DNA of 64,000 bases from Ramazzottius varieornatus (Eukaryota > Animalia > Tardigrada). Where the stretch lies: positions 2,973,826 to 3,037,825 of the forward strand of contig BDGG01000002.1 of assembly GCA_001949185.1 (NCBI GenBank), written 5' to 3'. Shown here piece by piece: positions 59,000-64,000 of the stretch. The position numbers and the translations under genes are program-made. A model generated the notes under the pieces. It was not told the DNA's origin. It searched no databases and saw nothing but the letters and a program-made list of their open reading frames with translations. Position 1 is the first letter of the stretch; the number at the start of each line of letters is the position of its first letter.

Positions 59000-61295
59000 A
59001 TGGAACTCAGGAATATATACTGTGTTATTTTGTGGGTTATCGCTACGTTCGAAGCAACAAGATCAGAAAGTATACTTACCGTGGCGGTTTATTTCCTAAC
59101 ATTTTTGTGCATTACATCTTGTCTTAATACATGTTTCCGTGATTGTAGGTCCTGACTATTGGGACCAGGTGGCTCGTAACGAGCTTCGACGAGCCCTGAA
59201 TGTTCGAAAGATCGAGAAACGACCGAAGAATGTCGTCTTCTTCCTGGGGGACGGCATGGGCATCACCACGTTGACCGCTTCCCGAATCTACAAAGGACAG
59301 CTAAACGGGAGACGGGGAGAGGAAGGAACTTTGTCCTTCGAGAATTTTCCTCACGTCGGACTGTCAAAGGTATGCTCCAAGCCAACCGCAGAGCGCTGGA
59401 AATTTATCAGTTAGTTATGTAACTTTCTATACAGACGTACAATGATGATGCCCAAGTGCCAGACTCGGCCGGAACTGCCACCGCATTCTTTTGTGGGAAG
59501 AAGGCCGCACTCGGAGTGATCGGACTGAACAGTAACGCCAAGTTGGACGTGTGTTCCACTGCCGCGGGTAACGAAATGTCCTCCATTCTGGAATGGGCTC
59601 AGGAAGCCGGCAAAGCTACTGGTTTGGTGACCACCACCAGGATCACCCATGCCACACCTGCCGGCACTTACGCTCACACACCCAACCGCGACTGGGAGTA
59701 TGATGGCGAGATCCCTGCAGCTGACCGAGGAAGGTGCAAAGATATCGCGACCCAACTGATCGACAGCGACCCGGGCAGACACATCAGAGTAAAAAGAACG
59801 CTTATACCGATAACAGCATCGCATATCAATACAAAAAAATACGAAGCTGACGAACTTGCACAATCGTTGCTTCAAGTGGCGCACGATTTCATTGTTGTTG
59901 GCTAGAATGGTGCGCCACTTGATATGACGAGCTTGTTCGTTTTATTCGATCAGCTTCCACAATGAAACTATACCTATGATTGTTTCAGGTTATCTTCGGT
60001 GGTGGTCGACGAATGTTTCTGCCCACCAGCGCTGGAGGAAGTCGTGGCGATGGCTTAAACTTGATCGACCGCTGGTTGAGGGAGAAGAGCCAGCTGCGAC
60101 CGGGCAAAACATTCTACGTGCGCAACTTCACCGAAATGGACCAACTGGATGCCGCCAACACGGACTACGTCCTCGGCCTTTTCAACAGCGATCACATGAA
60201 GTACGAGTTGGAACGCGAGAAAACCGTTAATCAAAGCGATCGAGAACCCTCGCTGAAGGAGATGGTCGAAAAGGCCATTGATATACTTGTTGCTCGAAAC
60301 ACTGGGTTCTTCTTGGCGGTCGAAGGTGGCAAGATCGACCACGGACACCACGCTGGACAGGCCAAGAAGGCCATGCACGACGTAGTGGCGTTTGATCAAG
60401 CCATTGAGATGGCGGTGAATAAGTTGGGAACGGAGGATACCCTGTTTGTGGTGACGGCGGACCATTCGCACACACTATCCATGGGCGGATACGCTAAACG
60501 AGGTACGGTATGAAAAACTGCAAGAGCGCAAACCCAGTTGCGCGAATTGATGGAAAAAACATAAGTTGTATCGCAAGGTGATTTTAGGAGGTAGTATCTT
60601 GGGCTTCGGAGGGACAGCCAACACCCTCAACACGGAACCATCTCACATCCATCCCGACGAGCGAGTCCCCTACTTGACGCTGGCCTACGCCAACGGTCCC
60701 GGAGGCGGCATGTGGTTCAAGAGGAACTACAGCGACCCTGGCAGCATTCAACCAGGACCAGGTACCATAAGTTTCCTTCACGTATCTCTTGGCGCGCGTG
60801 ACCCATTCAAACAAAAATAGTTTGTCTCCGTGCTTGGCAGAGGACGACAACTTCATACAAGATGCGGGAATCAAACTGGGTATCGAGTCGCACGGTGGTG
60901 AAGATGTAGCCATCTACGCTAACGGACCCTTCGCTCACCTGTTCCACACCCTCCACGAGCAGAACTACATCCCGGTGGCCATCGACTATGCGGCGTGCTA
61001 CCGCAATCAAGATGCGCCACATTGCAGAGAGGCCGAGACGACCGGTCCTACCAGCAAACCCGAGGTAGGCTCAACCTCTGTTATGTCCTCCAGCCCAACT
61101 GAACCGCGTACAACCACACCGACGTTGTTTGATCCAGCGTCGTCGTCAACGTTGAGTTCGAACACCGCTAGTCCTGCGGCTTACTCATCCTCACCCCAGG
61201 TGACTACACCGAGTACCGGTAGCTCGAATACATTTTCCTTTCTTCTAATTTCCACTATTGCTTTCGCCGTACTTATTCGCGGTAGACCTTTCTAA
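59000..61295 (+). CDS. alkaline phosphatase, predicted GPI-anchored; about 6 exons
   Basis: Signal peptide; NVVFFLGDGMG; PDSAGTATA (catalytic Ser); THATPA; EGGKIDHGHH; TADHSH; HGGEDV; Ser/Thr stalk and hydrophobic tail. Confidence 0.95.
59840..59945. repeat. palindromic repeat family B (ALP1 intron)
   Basis: tcaagtggcgcac...gtgcgccacttga. Confidence 0.75.
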
Positions 61296-61847
61296 GTCAG
61301 CTCAACTTTGACTTTTCTCGAACGTACTTGCCGGTGAGAGTCTGCTTTGTTGCACCTGAACAAAATTTCGCATGATGTCATTAATCAAGCTCCGGTGTCT
61401 GATAACTGTCGATTGGCGGCCAGGTCTATGTTTATTTCTTATTCTTCGAGTTTTAATTCCGCATGCAAAATCAGTACCAGGACTGCAAACAGTATACATG
61501 TATGTGCAGACATATTACGGGTCTTGCAATCAAGATTATGTTTGCCTGGTAAGTGTCCGCTCGTTGCTTGGTCTAGAGTGACGAAACAACTGAGGAAGTA
61601 TTTGCCGTTCAAGCAAGATCAAGCACGATGTGCTCATGTTTCACGGAGCTCAGATATCGACAAGATGTTTATTACTGATATTAAACTGATAACCCGGAAG
61701 AAGCCATCGTACACAGAAGTTATAAAGTTTCTCGTGACGGTTCCATCCGCGAGTAGCCTTTCATCCGTCGGTTCAGAGCTCTTACGTAGACAGTCTCACA
61801 CTACGCTTTGTACAATTCCAATAAATCAACGATCTTCCGCGCCAGCC

Positions 61848-63960
61848 ATGAAACACAACAATCTTGGTGGCGATTTCTTGTTACTGTTTCTGTGCTGCGG
61901 ACAAACGATTGCGGAAAGCAAGTCAATGTTCCAGCGATGGTCCCCAATTCTGAACGCTTTTGCTACGGCTACGGCTACTCCAAGACCAGCTACGACTGGT
62001 TATCTTTAGGTCCCGAACACTGGGAGAGGATTGCTGAAGCAGAGCTTAAACGAGCGCTCGGGACACAGAAGATCGAGAAGCGGCCCAAAAACGTCGTCTT
62101 CTTTCTGGGTGACGGCATGGGTATCACGACGCGCATCTATAAATGGCAGCTGTATGGCCAAAACGGAGAAGAAGGCAGCCTATTCTTCGAGAAGTTTCCC
62201 CACGTCGGGCTTTCCAATATATAATTTATTTGAAGTGGCAAATCTTTTAGGATTTATTGCACTCTAGCGGGACGACAGTACCGGTTGATGGTTCAAAGCT
62301 GACTGTTTGGAACGCTAATCGTACTTTGCCTTTTGCCAACGTATCAATTACCCACTGTGGCTTCGTCCCCAGACGTACAATGACGATGCTCAAGTTCCGG
62401 ATTCTGCTGGTACTGCCACGGCGTTCTTATGCGGACAAAAGGCAGCTTTGGGCGTGATCGGACTGAACAGTAACGCCAAGTTGGACGTGTGTTCCACTGC
62501 CGCGGGTAACGAAATGTCCTCCATTCTGGAATGGGCTCAGGAAGCCGGCAAAACTACTGGTTTGGTGACCACCACCAGGATCACCCATGCCACACCTGCC
62601 GGCACTTACGCTTACACACCCAACCGCGACTGGGAGTATGATGGCGAGATCCCTGCAGCTGACCGAGGAAGATGCAAAGATATCGCGACACAGCTTATCG
62701 ACAGCGAACCTGGCAAAAATATCCGAGTGAAAAGCCCTTCTGGCTGGAACGACTGTTGTGTTCAATGTCAGGCATAAATTCCGTCCATTCAAATTTCAAT
62801 CAATCAAGCACATCTGGTTTACTGAGACTGAGTAGTAAAAACTAGCTTTTGCAAGTCGGGTTTTATATCAGTTTTCGATATTAGGCTTCGGTTGACTTTT
62901 GTCGCTTGATTAATCGTTAAGTACGTAAAGTATACCCAGACTGAATACAGCACTGGCTGGAGCATTTGGGCTCATATGCTTCTTCTGTACACGGGCAAAT
63001 GTTTCGTTGCTCTCCTCAGGTTATATTTGGAGGACGGCGAAGGATGTTTCTCCCCAAGGCCGGCTCCAGTCCGCACGGAAATGGTAGTCGTCAGGATGGT
63101 GTGGACCTGATTGACCGATGGATTACCCAGAAAGCTCAGACCAAGTTTTTCTATGTCACCAACTTTACCGACATGAACCAGCTGGAGCCTGCCAATACGG
63201 ACTACGTTTTTGGACTCTTTAACAACGACCACATGAACTACGAGTTAGAACGAAACAAGACGACCAACAACGCCAACCGAGAACCCTCTCTAAAAGAGAT
63301 GACGGAAAAGGCTATCGACATTCTTCTCCGGCATGGCGACGGGTTCTTCTTGGCGTTCGAAGGGGGGAAGATTGACCACGGCCACCATGCGGGAAAGGCC
63401 AAACTGGCCATGTATGACGTGTTGGCGTTCGATGAAGCAATTGAGGTGGCAGTGAACAAGCTGGGAACAGAGGAGACCCTGTTTGTGGTGACGGCAGACC
63501 ATTCGCACAGTCCTTCCATGGGCGGCTACGCTAAACGAGGTAAAGCGACCCAGGGCTAAATATCGGAATCTGAGCAACGCAGATCCAGCATGTCAAATGA
63601 CTGTCTTAGAAAATAACGCAAAAGGATTCTGCTACATTCATCGTTTCTTTTTCTAACTTAGGAAACTCTATTTTGGGTTTCGGTGGCGCAGCTAACACCA
63701 CAGGGACCGTTTTTCCCAACGAAAATGTTCCGTACCTGACATTGGCCTACGCCAACGGCCCAGGAGGTGGTCTGTGGTTCACAGGCAACTACACGGATCC
63801 GGCTAGCATACTCCCTATTGGACCAGGTGCAAGCACATACCGTGGTGAAGGCTTTCTCAGTTCACAGTTTTTCCGCTGTTACTATCCTAAATGTTCTTGC
63901 TTGTTTTATAGAGGATGACGGTTTCATTCAAGATGCCGGTATCCCGCTGAGTTCCGAGAC
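61848..63960 (+). pseudogene. second alkaline phosphatase, probably disabled
   Basis: Same exon layout as ALP1, but with a 12-nt deletion (GITT----RIY), no GT donor at about 62219, substitutions of conserved residues (YKWQ, GGRRR), and homology that stops at SET before HGGEDV. Confidence 0.75.
62751..62955. mobile_element. hAT-type MITE family D, copy 2 (ALP2 intron)
   Basis: 8-bp flanks gctggaac / gctggagc (7/8); right TIR ..cccagactgaatacagcactg; interior homologous to 25556-25752. Confidence 0.8.
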
Positions 63961-64000
63961 TCTCTGCTCTTTGCTCTGATTTTCTGTTTCGCAGTGCTTG

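Noticed and set aside
61347-62009. 220-aa ORF
   Set aside because: Read-through of intergenic DNA into ALP2 exon 1 and intron; only MKHNNL..AES is meaningful.
27613-63577. Numerous antisense or alternate-frame ORFs over real exons
   Set aside because: Shadow ORFs caused by codon bias of the true genes.

Overview
Gene-dense eukaryotic (animal) DNA with short GT-AG introns (mostly 50-100 nt). Gene content and compactness point to a tardigrade such as Ramazzottius; this is inference, not a database match. Left to right: 3' end of a class I SAM methyltransferase, a decayed PP4 catalytic-subunit fragment, a head-to-head pair of gustatory-receptor-like 7TM paralogues, a two-exon secreted Gly/Tyr-rich peptide gene missed by the ORF track, LRMDA, an orphan class A GPCR, a Pmp3/RCI2 stress proteolipid, an Nkx6/HGTX homeobox gene, a secreted Thr/His/Gly-rich precursor, a catalytically dead astacin, mRpL40, SIL1, a two-exon secreted 4-Cys peptide gene, a GH19 chitinase, a Pro/Tyr-rich tail-membrane protein, a convergent tRNA-Gln(CUG)/(UUG) pair, Prp39, a pancreatic-type lipase, a CYP2-clan pseudogene carrying a full-length DD35D pogo transposon, a divergent RAR-like (NR1B) nuclear receptor, and two tandem alkaline phosphatases (the second disabled). 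At least four MITE or palindromic repeat families recur. The best leads are the RAR-like receptor in an apparent ecdysozoan and a group of unannotated secreted products (QF-GG Gly-rich peptides, a Cys beta-hairpin propeptide, a pseudo-astacin, a GH19 chitinase) that may form a cuticle/eggshell or defence module. All exon boundaries were read by eye.
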